64,000 bases of DNA, taken from contig JBPOGH010000003.1 in assembly GCA_051252135.1 (NCBI GenBank), positions 192,001 through 256,000 on the forward strand, read 5' to 3'. The notes beneath the pieces are model-generated. The model had not been told where the DNA came from, did not search any database, and saw nothing but the letters and a program-made list of their open reading frames with translations. This document shows, in pieces, positions 1-9,822 of the stretch. Position numbers and translations under genes: made by a program. Origin of the DNA: Verrucomicrobiaceae bacterium (lineage in GTDB: Bacteria; Verrucomicrobiota; Verrucomicrobiia; Verrucomicrobiales; Akkermansiaceae). How positions within the stretch are numbered: the stretch's first letter is position 1; each line of letters begins with the position of its first letter.

Positions 1-2
1 GA

Positions 3-305
3 GCCATCATTGCCGTTTCCGATAACAATGTTCTCGGCGGTCTCGATGCCAGCGCCGATATCGAAACGCTCGCTTGGGATCCAAACACCGGAAAGCTGCT
101 GGCCATTGATAACGGGAAACAGTGGATCGTGGAAATCACGACAGGCACCAATGGAGGAAACATGAACCTCACCCGCTTCCGGGATGACCTTGGAAGCTTG
201 GTCGATTTCGAAGGCAGTGGAATTCTGGGTGCTGTTCCCGAACCATCCAATATCGCTTGTCTGGCAATAGGCCTTTTCGGGCTCTCTCTGCGACGGAAGC
301 GCTAG
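3..305 (+). CDS. PEP-CTERM sorting domain protein, 3' part (5' end outside window)
   Basis: Manual translation of the frame from position 3 is open to TAG at 303-305 and ends ...GAVPEPSNIACLAIGLFGLSLRRKR* (VPEP, hydrophobic helix, basic tail). Not in the ORF track. Confidence 0.85.
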   Translation, partial: AIIAVSDNNVLGGLDASADIETLAWDPNTGKLLAIDNGKQWIVEITTGTNGGNMNLTRFRDDLGSLVDFEGSGILGAVPEPSNIACLAIGLFGLSLRRKR

Positions 306-529
306 GGAAGCTCTGCCGCATGTCATTTTGACGACGGGCAAGGCACGAGGAGAGACAATGATGATCAGCGACTCTCTGAGCATTGCAGCCAGCCCTCAAA
401 TCACCCTCATCCCGATTCCGGAGGCAGAAAACCCCTCCTCACCTCATCCTCCCGAACGGAATCCAAGATTCCCATTGACTTCGAGACCCCAAGGCGAGAC
501 GGTCGGGAGTCAAGTAACTGGGATTAATT

Positions 530-742
530 GTGCAACAGGACGTTTTACATACAGAGAAAATCATCGCGGATCGGAAAATCTTCTTCCTTGATCTAAAGGA
601 GAACCAACGTGGCCGCGTGGTCAAGATCACCGAGGATGTCGGGGGAAATCGCGACACCATCATGGTTCCTGCCGAGATTTTGGGGGACTTCATCGCCGCG
701 CTCTCCGATATCAAGGAGACCGCCGATCAGGACGAAGAGTAG
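530..742 (+). CDS. PUR-repeat (Pur-alpha-like/DUF3276) ssDNA/RNA-binding protein
   Basis: 70 aa, GTG start; KIFFLDLKENQRGRVVKITE matches the PUR repeat signature. Confidence 0.8.
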   Translation: MQQDVLHTEKIIADRKIFFLDLKENQRGRVVKITEDVGGNRDTIMVPAEILGDFIAALSDIKETADQDEE

Positions 743-852
743 CCTACCCGGCTCTCCTCTCTCGATTCACCTTCGGTAAAGTTTACCGATTGCGTTTCTT
801 TCCGCCCACTTCCTGATTCACAACCGCTTCAGGAAGCCACACACTGGCCCCC

Positions 853-1995
853 ATGAAGGATCGGCCATCACTCGCCCTTGTTCGCATCTTCGCCCTCATC
901 GGCCTCGCGATCAGCGCCTACCTCCTGATCCTCAAGCTCAACGGCACCATCAGCTCCATCAAGGGATGTGGCGACGGCGCAGGCTGCGCCAACGTCCTCG
1001 GCTCCCGCTGGTCCCAGTGGTTCGGCCTCCCCGTCAGCGCCTTCTCCTCCCTCCTCTACGCCGGACTCCTCGCCCTCACCTTCCGGCCAAAACCCAGGCT
1101 CCTCCTCACCATCGCCTGCCTCCTCGTCGGCGCCGCCCTCTGGTTCAGCGGCCTCCAGCTCCTCGTCATCAAGGCCTTCTGCCCCTGGTGCTTCGCCACC
1201 CACCTCATCGGCCTCCTCACCGCCGCCCTCATCTGGAAAACCCTCCCCTCAAAACTCCCCTTCGCCCCCGCCCTCCTCCCCGCCACCGGCGCCCTCACCA
1301 TCCTCGTCCTCGGGCAACTCTTCGGCCCCCAACCAGCGACCCACCTCATCTCCGAAGAAAAAATCGACGACTCCGAACTCAAAATCACCCCTCCAACATC
1401 CGGCACCCGCATGATCGACATGGGCATCGGCAAACTCTTCCCCCTCGGCCCCACCCCCTACCTCGGCCCCGCCGATGCCGACCACGTCGTCGTCAAATAC
1501 TTCGACTACACCTGCGGCTCCTGCCGGGATCTCGAAGGCGACCTCGAAAAACTCTTCGCCAAGCACCCCGGAAAAATCGCCGTCATCCTCAACCCCACCC
1601 CCCTCAACCGAGCCTGCAACCCCAACCTCCCCCCCGCCATCATCAACCATAAGCACGCCTGCGAGCTCGCCCGCCTTTCCCTCGCCGCCTGGATCGCCAA
1701 ACCCGAAGCCTTCCCCGAGGTCCACAAATTCCTCTTCTCCCGACCCGTCCTCACCTTCGACCAAGCAAAACCCCAGGTCGCCCAACTCGTCGGAGCCACC
1801 GCCCTCGAAGCCGCCCTCAAAAGCCCCCGCATCAACACCCTCCTCGCCTCCAACACCAACGACTTCCGCCAGCTCGTCTCCAAAAGCCCCCGTATGCCCA
1901 AGCTCCTCATCGGAAAAGGCCGCGTCATGCAAGGCCTCATGAAAGACAGCAACGCCTTCATCGCCGGCATGGAAAAAGAGCTCTCCCTCAAATAA
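853..1995 (+). CDS. Vitamin K epoxide reductase (VKOR) domain fused to DsbA-like thioredoxin domain
   Basis: N-terminal TM segments with loop cysteines (GCGDGAGCANVLGSRWS) and CPWC; C-terminal FDYTCGSC. Confidence 0.85.
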   Translation: MKDRPSLALVRIFALIGLAISAYLLILKLNGTISSIKGCGDGAGCANVLGSRWSQWFGLPVSAFSSLLYAGLLALTFRPKPRLLLTIACLLVGAALWFSGLQLLVIKAFCPWCFATHLIGLLTAALIWKTLPSKLPFAPALLPATGALTILVLGQLFGPQPATHLISEEKIDDSELKITPPTSGTRMIDMGIGKLFPLGPTPYLGPADADHVVVKYFDYTCGSCRDLEGDLEKLFAKHPGKIAVILNPTPLNRACNPNLPPAIINHKHACELARLSLAAWIAKPEAFPEVHKFLFSRPVLTFDQAKPQVAQLVGATALEAALKSPRINTLLASNTNDFRQLVSKSPRMPKLLIGKGRVMQGLMKDSNAFIAGMEKELSLK

Positions 1996-2025
1996 AAAAG
2001 CCGCACCGGATAAATCCGGCACGGC
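1994..2025 (-). terminator. Rho-independent terminator
   Basis: Minus strand GCCGTGCCGGA-TTTA-TCCGGTGCGGC (two G-U pairs) followed by a T run, between convergent genes. Confidence 0.75.
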
Positions 2026-2047
2026 CTTTTGAAACTCAATGGAGCGC

Positions 2048-2923
2048 TTAGCTCCGCTTCCGGCGCGACCCAAGGAAGACCAACCCGGCAAGACTCAGCA
2101 CCACCGAACTCGGCTCGGGAATCGCCTCAAGCGTGAAACCAATATCCTGCAGAGATCCTCGCGTCATCTCGCTGAAAAAGTCGGTTCCAGGCGCAGCCCA
2201 TCCCGTCATCAACTCGTTGCGCATATCATTCCCGGTTCCCACTTGCACGATGCCAGTCGCAGTCTGACCAAAGTCATCCTCCTCGTTCCAGTGGCCATGC
2301 GCGGTCCCGCTACCACCGCCAAGCTCCACCGGAATAAAGGCCGCACCACCCTGGCCCACAAACTCCGCCTGATAGGCCGCCAGCGCATTCGCACCCACAT
2401 ATTCACCGGGTGTTCCTCCCGTAAGAGTCCGGTTATGGTTTGCAGCCACCCCATCGTTGTAAACTTCATTGTCCTCCCACAGCGTTCCAATCCCCAACGC
2501 ATGACCCATCTCGTGCTTGATCGTATCAAGACTCAGCGTCCCCGCATCCGGGTGCGTGTTGAACTGGGCCTGCCCACCGGTCGAAATGATGAATCGCTCA
2601 TTCGATGGAGCCGAGCCCGACACCACATTCGAATAAATCAACCCGTTCGGACCGGCACTTCCCAAAAGAACGCCACCACCACTCGCTGCTTGCGAAAACG
2701 TATCCACATTGAGAGTCCAGCTTCTCGACTGCAAATCCTGATGGTCATCGATCACCGAATCCCAAAAGGCCACCGCATCTGAGAAATTCTGCTTATCCGA
2801 TGCCGATAAATCAGCATCTGCTTGCGCCGAATAACTCAGACTAAATGAAATCGCTGCACTTGCTGGCATTGCTGCCAACGCAGCAAGTCCCCCGACTTTG
2901 ATGATCTTAAACCCCCAAGACAT
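2048..2923 (-). CDS. PEP-CTERM-anchored zinc metallopeptidase (leishmanolysin-like)
   Basis: Signal peptide, HEMGHALG zincin motif, HGHW and ELMTGW (Met-turn), C-terminal IPEPSSVVLSLAGLVFLGSRRKRS. Start moved to ATG at 2923. Confidence 0.8.
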   Translation of the reverse strand: MSWGFKIIKVGGLAALAAMPASAAISFSLSYSAQADADLSASDKQNFSDAVAFWDSVIDDHQDLQSRSWTLNVDTFSQAASGGGVLLGSAGPNGLIYSNVVSGSAPSNERFIISTGGQAQFNTHPDAGTLSLDTIKHEMGHALGIGTLWEDNEVYNDGVAANHNRTLTGGTPGEYVGANALAAYQAEFVGQGGAAFIPVELGGGSGTAHGHWNEEDDFGQTATGIVQVGTGNDMRNELMTGWAAPGTDFFSEMTRGSLQDIGFTLEAIPEPSSVVLSLAGLVFLGSRRKRS

Positions 2924-2999
2924 AAGGGGGAGACTGTCAGCATTTCTTAAAGGGACAAGAAATCTTTTGCCTTTTGACATTTAGGTGCGTCAAGAAACC

Positions 3000-4001
3000 T
3001 TAATCTTCCTTCACCAATTCCATTCCCAGAAATCCTTCGTACGCAGCCACATCGATCCAGAAATTGTGCTTCAACTCCACCACCTCGATTGCCGTCCCCT
3101 CCGCATTCCAGCGCAATCCCAACGTGACCGGCTGCGACGCCCGCGCCGGAACAATCTCCTTCAACTTCGGAGCCACCTCCGAATCCCGCCGAAAATATCC
3201 CGGGAAACTCAACTCCGACCCCCTCGTCGTCACCATACAAAACCCATGCTCGCCCTCGGCCGGAAGACCCGGCTGATACTGCGCCCGACTCACATAAACC
3301 CGCATCATCTTCTTCTCCCGCGGCTTCAATTTACAAAACTCCTCCCAATCCATCTCGCTCAACGCCACCGACGCCTCCCAATCAATCAACATCCCATCCC
3401 TCCCTGGCAGCAAATTATACACCCACCCGCTTTTCCCGTCCGCCTCCATCGCAATCACCGCCTCCATCGCCAAGCCCCGAAAAGACGCCGGCAAACTCTC
3501 CAGCACCTCGCCAAATCCATTCGGCGTCTTCGCACCCGGCCTCCCATAATATTCCTCCATCTTCCCCAGCATCCACCTCCCTCCCACCACATATTGGCAG
3601 CGCTCCTCATGACTTTTCGCCTCCATAAATCCCCTCACCACCCTCTCCACCTCCGCCTTCACTTCCTCCACGCTCGCCGTCTCCGAAAATAGCTTCCCCG
3701 CATCAAGCGATTCCCGCGCCTCCCTCTCCTGACGGGGAATAACCACATAATTCACCACCGCCGCCGTCACCCCTACCAGCACCAACAGCGCCGCCACCAC
3801 CATCACCCGCCAACGCCATCCGCCTGAACGCTCATCCTTCCACCCCTCCTCCGGATCAGCTTCCTCCGCCTTCTCCACCGCCCGTTGTGTCGCCTTCTCA
3901 CTCCGCAACCGATCCCCCTGAAACATCTCCAGACTCCGCCCCCGACGATCCTCGGCACGCAGACGTCCGGATGGTTTCTCTTCCGGGGGTTCCTCGCTCA
4001 T
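3000..4001 (-). CDS. Hypothetical bitopic membrane protein
   Basis: 333 aa ORF with one TM helix; codon usage like other minus-strand genes here. Confidence 0.65.
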   Translation of the reverse strand: MSEEPPEEKPSGRLRAEDRRGRSLEMFQGDRLRSEKATQRAVEKAEEADPEEGWKDERSGGWRWRVMVVAALLVLVGVTAAVVNYVVIPRQEREARESLDAGKLFSETASVEEVKAEVERVVRGFMEAKSHEERCQYVVGGRWMLGKMEEYYGRPGAKTPNGFGEVLESLPASFRGLAMEAVIAMEADGKSGWVYNLLPGRDGMLIDWEASVALSEMDWEEFCKLKPREKKMMRVYVSRAQYQPGLPAEGEHGFCMVTTRGSELSFPGYFRRDSEVAPKLKEIVPARASQPVTLGLRWNAEGTAIEVVELKHNFWIDVAAYEGFLGMELVKED

Positions 4002-4120
4002 TGTCCGCCCAAGTTATCTCCCGCCCCTCGCTCTCACAATCACCAAGCAACACCATTTTCACAAATGACGTCGACAGAGTGATAGGCATCCGCAAAGGTC
4101 CCGGTAACATACCAAACTTT

Positions 4121-4345
4121 ATGAAGAAAACTTGGATCATCATCGCCGTGTTCCTGCTCCTCGCAGTGCTTCATCAGGACGTCTGGAATTGGGACAAAGC
4201 CGACCTCGTCTTCGGCTTCATGCCCATCGGCTTGGCATATCACGCCGCCTACTCCCTTGTCGCCGCTGCCTTCTGGACCATCGTCATGAAAGTCGCCTGG
4301 CCGACTCATCTCGAAGAATGGGCGGACGAAAACAACCAAGACTAA
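4121..4345 (+). CDS. Small membrane protein (DUF3311-like) associated with solute symporters
   Basis: ATG at 4121, 74 aa, two TM segments (LHQDVWNW...FGFMPIGLAYH); 4 nt upstream of the symporter gene. Confidence 0.75.
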   Translation: MKKTWIIIAVFLLLAVLHQDVWNWDKADLVFGFMPIGLAYHAAYSLVAAAFWTIVMKVAWPTHLEEWADENNQD

Positions 4346-4349
4346 GACC

Positions 4350-5876
4350 ATGACCACCGTAATCGTCATCTGCCTCTACCTCACCGTCCTCCTCGGTCTC
4401 GCCCTCTTTTCCAAAACCCTCTTCCGGGGCACCTCCAAGGACTACTTCGTCGCCAGCCACTCCATCGGCCCCTTCATGCTCCTCATGTCGGTCTTTGGCA
4501 CCACCATGACCGCCTTCGCCCTCGTCGGATCCACCGGTGAGGCCTTCGAGCGCGGCATCGGCACCTACGGCCTCCTCGCCTCCTCCTCCGGACTCATCCA
4601 TGCCGCCTGCTTCTTCATGATCGGCATCAAACTCTGGGCCATCGGCAAGCGCTACGGCTACGTCACCCAGATCCAGTATTTCCGCGCCCGCTTCGATTCC
4701 AAGGGCATTGGCTACCTCCTCTTCCCCATCCTCGTGATGCTCGTCGTCCCCTACCTCCTCATCGGCATCATCGGCACCGCCAAGACCATCGTCGGCGTCA
4801 CCGTCGAAAAGGTCACCCCCAAGGGCGTCATCCCCGGCACCTTCCCCGAGTTCTTCGAATCCACCAACGGAGCCGTCCCACCCTGGCTTTCCGGCCTCAT
4901 CGTCAGCCTCGTCGTCCTCACCTACATCTTCGCCGGAGGCTCCCGCGCCACCGCCTGGGCCAACACCTTCCAAACCCTCTTCTTCATGATCATGGGAGTC
5001 GTCGTGGTCTACATGGTCTCCCAAAAGCTCGGCGGATTCTCCGCCGCCATGGAAGCCGCCAAGGACTCCCACAAGGTCCGCACCCTCTCGGCCGATGGCC
5101 ACGTCGGCGTCCCCAAGCTCACCTTCCTCAGTTACATGTTCGTCCCCCTCAGCGTCGGCATGTTCCCCCACCTCTTCCAGCATTGGCTCACCGCACGCAG
5201 CGCGAAATCGTTCAAGCTCACCGTCATCGCCCACCCCATCTTCATCGCCATCGTCTGGGTCCCCTGCGTCCTCCTCGGCACCTGGGCCACCGGCATGCCC
5301 TCCATGGAAGGCACCAAGAGCGCCGTCGTCCTCGCCAAAATGGTCAGCATCCTCATCCACGATCCCATCATCACCGGACTCGTCATCGCCAGCATCCTCG
5401 CTGCCATCATGTCCTCGCTCGACTCCCAGTTCCTCTGCCTCGGCACCATGTTCACCAACGACGTCGTCCTCTTCGGCAGCAAAAAGGAATACACCGACAA
5501 ACAAATCCTCTTCATCGCCCGCGGATTCATCGTCGGCATCGTCGCCCTCGTCTACTTCCTCTCGCTCAAGCTCATCAATAAAAACGTCTTCGACCTCGCC
5601 GTCTGGTCCTTCTCCGGATTCGCCGCCCTCACCCCGCTTGTCATCGCCTCCCTCTACTGGAAGCGCGCCACCAAGATCGGGGCCTACGCCTGCGTCATCG
5701 CCGTCTGTGTCAGCTGGATCGTCTTCTTCTCCCTCTCCGGATTCGGAGGAGAATACACCGTCTTCGGCGGAGTCGTCCCCGCCGCTGTCATGTGGATCAT
5801 CGGCGCCACCGCCATGATCATCGGCTCCCTCGTCTCACAACCACCGAGCGAAAAAACCGTCGCCAAGTTCTTCTAA
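4350..5876 (+). CDS. Sodium:solute symporter family protein
   Basis: Many TM helices, DYFVASHSIG, ATAWANTFQ, AAIMSSLDSQ motifs. Confidence 0.9.
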   Translation: MTTVIVICLYLTVLLGLALFSKTLFRGTSKDYFVASHSIGPFMLLMSVFGTTMTAFALVGSTGEAFERGIGTYGLLASSSGLIHAACFFMIGIKLWAIGKRYGYVTQIQYFRARFDSKGIGYLLFPILVMLVVPYLLIGIIGTAKTIVGVTVEKVTPKGVIPGTFPEFFESTNGAVPPWLSGLIVSLVVLTYIFAGGSRATAWANTFQTLFFMIMGVVVVYMVSQKLGGFSAAMEAAKDSHKVRTLSADGHVGVPKLTFLSYMFVPLSVGMFPHLFQHWLTARSAKSFKLTVIAHPIFIAIVWVPCVLLGTWATGMPSMEGTKSAVVLAKMVSILIHDPIITGLVIASILAAIMSSLDSQFLCLGTMFTNDVVLFGSKKEYTDKQILFIARGFIVGIVALVYFLSLKLINKNVFDLAVWSFSGFAALTPLVIASLYWKRATKIGAYACVIAVCVSWIVFFSLSGFGGEYTVFGGVVPAAVMWIIGATAMIIGSLVSQPPSEKTVAKFF

Positions 5877-6766
5877 CCCTTCGCTTCTTCAACATCGCGG
5901 GCGATCTGGGACTTCAACTCCTCGATCCCCACGAATTTTTTTTCCTCCCGAATCTTCCTCTCGAATCCCACCTCGAGAAACCACCCGTACGCATCCGGCA
6001 CCTCATCTGAAAAAAGATGAACCTCCAGTGACCGCCGCGCCGACTCATCCACCGTCGGACGCGTCCCCACATTCGCCACCCCCTTCACCCAGTCGCCATT
6101 CCAGCGACCTTCGATCGCATACACCCCGTTCGGCGGCAGCTGCTCATGCGCCACCGCCACATTCGCCGTCGGAAATCCCAAGGTCCGCCCCAGCTGTCTC
6201 CCCTCCTTCACCTCGCCGTAAACCGAATACGGCCGCCCCAGCAGCGCCGCCGTCCGCGCCAAATCCCCCTCCGCCAATGCCACCCGGATCCGCGTACTGC
6301 TGATCCGCTCACCCCTCAACAACACCGGCTCCACCTTCTCCACCACCACCCCCTCGGCCCACTCCTTCAACAAATCAATACTTCCCAGCCTCCCCCTTCC
6401 AAACGTCCAATCATGCCCCGCTGCCAACCGGCTCACCCCCGTCGCATAAAGCGCCCGCGCAAAGTCCTCCGCCGGAATCGCCGCAAACTCCCGCGTAAAC
6501 TCAATCACCGTCAAAAAATCCACCCCCAGCGACGCCAAAATCCGCTCCTGATGCTCCAGCGATGTCAAAATCCTCCTCGGCGCACGCTCCGGTGCCAACA
6601 CCTGCACCGGATGGGGATCAAAAGTCAGCAAGCCCGTCCGCCCACATCCTCTCGCCGCCTCGATCACCGCCTGGTGCCCCAAATGAAGCCCGTCAAAAAC
6701 GCCCAACGCCAAACCGAAATCACTCTCGGCCTCCGCTAGCTCATCAAGACTCCGATAGATCGGCAT
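5873..6766 (-). CDS. ribF: Bifunctional riboflavin kinase/FAD synthetase
   Basis: GVFDGLHLGHQ, TFDPHP, ISSTRIR, GRTLGFPTAN, NVGTRPT motifs. Confidence 0.95.
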   Translation of the reverse strand: MPIYRSLDELAEAESDFGLALGVFDGLHLGHQAVIEAARGCGRTGLLTFDPHPVQVLAPERAPRRILTSLEHQERILASLGVDFLTVIEFTREFAAIPAEDFARALYATGVSRLAAGHDWTFGRGRLGSIDLLKEWAEGVVVEKVEPVLLRGERISSTRIRVALAEGDLARTAALLGRPYSVYGEVKEGRQLGRTLGFPTANVAVAHEQLPPNGVYAIEGRWNGDWVKGVANVGTRPTVDESARRSLEVHLFSDEVPDAYGWFLEVGFERKIREEKKFVGIEELKSQIARDVEEAKG

Positions 6767-6811
6767 GGCGCGAACCTAAGCGAGTTCACCCGCCTTTGGC
6801 AACGGATTCAA

Positions 6812-8422
6812 CTACCTCCGGCGACCCTTCCGTCGCAAATACGGCGGCACATCCAAATCCTCACCCTTCTCCACATTCGGCTCCTCCCCGTCAAAGCGAC
6901 CCTTCGGCCCCCCCTCCAGCTCCAGCTCACCCTGACCGGGCGATCTCCGCGGAACCGTTCCAAAAGCCGGGCGCTCCTTCTTCGGCTCCTCCTCGTCGAT
7001 CTCTCCCAGGACATCGCTCTTCCCAAAATCAACCTCTTCCGCCTCATCCTCGATCTCTATCTCATCCGGAATCTCTCCCCCAATCTCCTCGTCATCCTCC
7101 ACCACCCGAAGTTCCGGCGCAGCGAAGTCATCCTCCGGCTCCAGTTCGTCCGGCTGCTCCATCACAAAATCCTCATTCACTTCATCCAACTCACCCTCCA
7201 GATCACTCACCTCATCCTCCTCTTCCGCAACCACCTCAAAGGCACCCCCAACTTCTTCCACCTCAATTTCCACTTCCTCTTCAAACTCTTCCACCTCTTC
7301 CACCTCTTCCACCACCGCTTCCTCCACCGCAGCCACGTCCTCCTCAACCTCCGCCGCCACAAATCCCGCCTCCTCAATCTCCTCCTCCACTTCCTCCACC
7401 TCATCCACAACCGTCTCCTCCACCTCCGGAATCACCGGCAAGGACTGCAGCCGATCCTCCGGCAGGGCACTGATAATCGTCACGCTCAACGCATCATTCA
7501 TCGCCTCATCCGTCGCCGCCCCAAAGAGCACATGCGCCTCGTCCGGCAAATGCTTCGTCAGCCCCTGCATCAACAAATCCACCTCGAAAAGAGTCATATC
7601 CTCACCACCACACACATGCACCAACACCGTCGTCGCATCATTCAACAACGACCCGCTATCAAGCAGCGGACTGCTCAACGCCGCCTTCAACGCCCCCTGC
7701 GCCCGATTCTCCCCGCGCGCCAGACCGGATCCAAACAAACACCTCGACCGCGTCGTCTTCAACGCCGTCATCAGCTCATCCAGCCCCACATTGATCAACC
7801 CCGGACGCAACACCAAGCGCGCCACCGCCGTGATACTATCGGAAATCATCCGGTCCGCTGCCGAAAACGCCTCGTGCACCCCCTGCTTCGGCAGGACCAA
7901 CTCACCCATCCGACCATTGTCAAAAGTCACCAAAGCATTCGAAAGCACCGCCAACTGATTCAGCGACTCCTCCGCCTGGCTCCGACGCCGCCTCCCCTCA
8001 AACGCAAATGGCATCGTCGCAAACACCACCACAAACGCCCCCGCCTCCCGGGCAAGTCGCACCAGAATCGGCGCCGCACCCGACCCCGTTCCGCCGCCCA
8101 GACCCACACAAATAAACACAATCTGGCGATCCCGCAGCGCATCCTTCACCTCAACTTCCGCCTCCAAAATCGAATTCTCCCCCAATTCCGGATCCCCTCC
8201 CGCTCCCAGCCCCTTCGTCAAATTACGACCCAACTGAATCTTCTCACCCGCCACCGAGCTAGCCAAAGTCCGGATATCCGTATTCAGCGCCAACAACTCC
8301 GCACCCTCGATCCCGTCAAGCGCCACCCGGTCCAACATATTCGCCCCCGCTCCCCCAAGCCCCACAATCTTTACGGCACTCTCGGGAATCGTCTGCTGGC
8401 GGTTACGTTCAAACTTAATCAT
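6812..8422 (-). CDS. ftsZ: Cell division protein FtsZ with long acidic linker
   Basis: VGLGGAGAN, NTD, GLGAGGDP, GLGGGTGSG tubulin signature, C-terminal DLDVPPYLR peptide. Start placed at ATG 8422. Confidence 0.93.
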   Translation of the reverse strand: MIKFERNRQQTIPESAVKIVGLGGAGANMLDRVALDGIEGAELLALNTDIRTLASSVAGEKIQLGRNLTKGLGAGGDPELGENSILEAEVEVKDALRDRQIVFICVGLGGGTGSGAAPILVRLAREAGAFVVVFATMPFAFEGRRRRSQAEESLNQLAVLSNALVTFDNGRMGELVLPKQGVHEAFSAADRMISDSITAVARLVLRPGLINVGLDELMTALKTTRSRCLFGSGLARGENRAQGALKAALSSPLLDSGSLLNDATTVLVHVCGGEDMTLFEVDLLMQGLTKHLPDEAHVLFGAATDEAMNDALSVTIISALPEDRLQSLPVIPEVEETVVDEVEEVEEEIEEAGFVAAEVEEDVAAVEEAVVEEVEEVEEFEEEVEIEVEEVGGAFEVVAEEEDEVSDLEGELDEVNEDFVMEQPDELEPEDDFAAPELRVVEDDEEIGGEIPDEIEIEDEAEEVDFGKSDVLGEIDEEEPKKERPAFGTVPRRSPGQGELELEGGPKGRFDGEEPNVEKGEDLDVPPYLRRKGRRR

Positions 8423-8562
8423 ATCGACTTGAAATTTAACCAAACCGTAGCAACCAACCCCCCGACACGCGAGCGAAAACCCGATAAACCCTCAACCCCT
8501 CCGCGTCTCTCGATTCCCATTAGGAAGTTGCTTTCCTTTGAATCTAACCTCACAATGGCCCG

Positions 8563-9627
8563 ATGTGTGGAAAATTTAGCAACATCAGAATCAAGTTTTC
8601 GCGATCCGTCTTACTCCTTCACTGCTCGCTTCTTCAATTCACCTACGCCGATCTGGAATTAAGCTTCGAAGGGGAAGCCGATAAGGAATTCGTGACCTGG
8701 ACCGCATCAGGATGCCTCACCATCGCAACCGACACCTCCTTCGGGCCTCTCAACGACACTTCCTTGCTCTATCCGAATGGTGGTCCCGGTTGGACCTTTT
8801 TCTCCGATACCGGCTTCGGTGAAAATCTCGTTAAGAAAAACGCCTCAACCACCGTGGAAGCCGGCGGGAGCTTCAATTGGATCATCAAAGACTCACAAGG
8901 AACCGAAATCCAAACCATCACCGTTCCCATCACCGGTTGGTTGATTTCACAACTCTACCAATCCATCGAACCTCGAACCGCCCCTTACACCGTCCCCAAC
9001 CTTGAGATCGGTCAGCAACTCTGCTGGGAGGGAACCGGGACCTTCATGATCAACCCCGATCCCCCCAACAACGAAAGCAACACTCTCAACACCGTCTTCC
9101 GGGAAGGCACAAAACAACGCGATGCCAACGGCGGCCTCATCAAACAAACCGTTAAGTTTCTCTCCGGAATGCCACCCTACAGCTACGAGGAATTCCAAGC
9201 CACCGCCTTCCCCCCTGATGCTGATCCGGAGAAAATCCGACCATCGGATGACTACGATGGCGATGGCATTTCGAATTACTACGAATATGCCACCGATACG
9301 TCACCCACCTTCAAAAACAAATCACAGTTCGTAGTTGGAGAAATCCTTGGGACCCCATGTTTTCAATTTTGGATCCGTCTCGACGATCCAAACATCGCTT
9401 ACACAATAAAATACAGCGATACCCTCCTTCAATTTGAATCAACTGGGCTCACCATTAACTTGGATCAAAACCCTGATATTGATATCAAGGCTACCAACCC
9501 GTCTGCCCCCTTTACTTTCATTGTCCAAAATCCTGATATGGCAGAAGAATTCCGCCACGTTACAGTGTGCTACAACGGAACCTCCAAGAAACTCTTCGCG
9601 GTCCTGGAAATTGCCAAAGCCGAGTAA
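8563..9627 (+). CDS. Hypothetical secreted protein with DxDGDGxSNxxEY motif and C-terminal beta domain
   Basis: Signal-like N-terminus, DYDGDGISNYYEYATDTSP motif; visibly more AT-rich than flanks. Confidence 0.65.
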   Translation: MCGKFSNIRIKFSRSVLLLHCSLLQFTYADLELSFEGEADKEFVTWTASGCLTIATDTSFGPLNDTSLLYPNGGPGWTFFSDTGFGENLVKKNASTTVEAGGSFNWIIKDSQGTEIQTITVPITGWLISQLYQSIEPRTAPYTVPNLEIGQQLCWEGTGTFMINPDPPNNESNTLNTVFREGTKQRDANGGLIKQTVKFLSGMPPYSYEEFQATAFPPDADPEKIRPSDDYDGDGISNYYEYATDTSPTFKNKSQFVVGEILGTPCFQFWIRLDDPNIAYTIKYSDTLLQFESTGLTINLDQNPDIDIKATNPSAPFTFIVQNPDMAEEFRHVTVCYNGTSKKLFAVLEIAKAE

Positions 9628-9822
9628 AAAGCACCCACCTGCGCATTTCTCCCCCCATTGCATGAACAAAGTCCGCGGGTTCCCTTGAACAGGATGAATT
9701 GATCGGCATTACCCCGTCGAACTCAATTCGGGGCCGATTCCTTTCGGCCTGCTGAAACTGAATACGATCACTGAATCTTGATTGACACGTTCGGGATTGG
9801 GAACGCGTAGTCTAGGGCCACA

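Noticed and set aside
6960..7440. Repetitive purine/pyrimidine-biased tract resembling a tandem repeat
   Set aside because: It encodes the Glu/Val-rich FtsZ linker and has no fixed-period unit.
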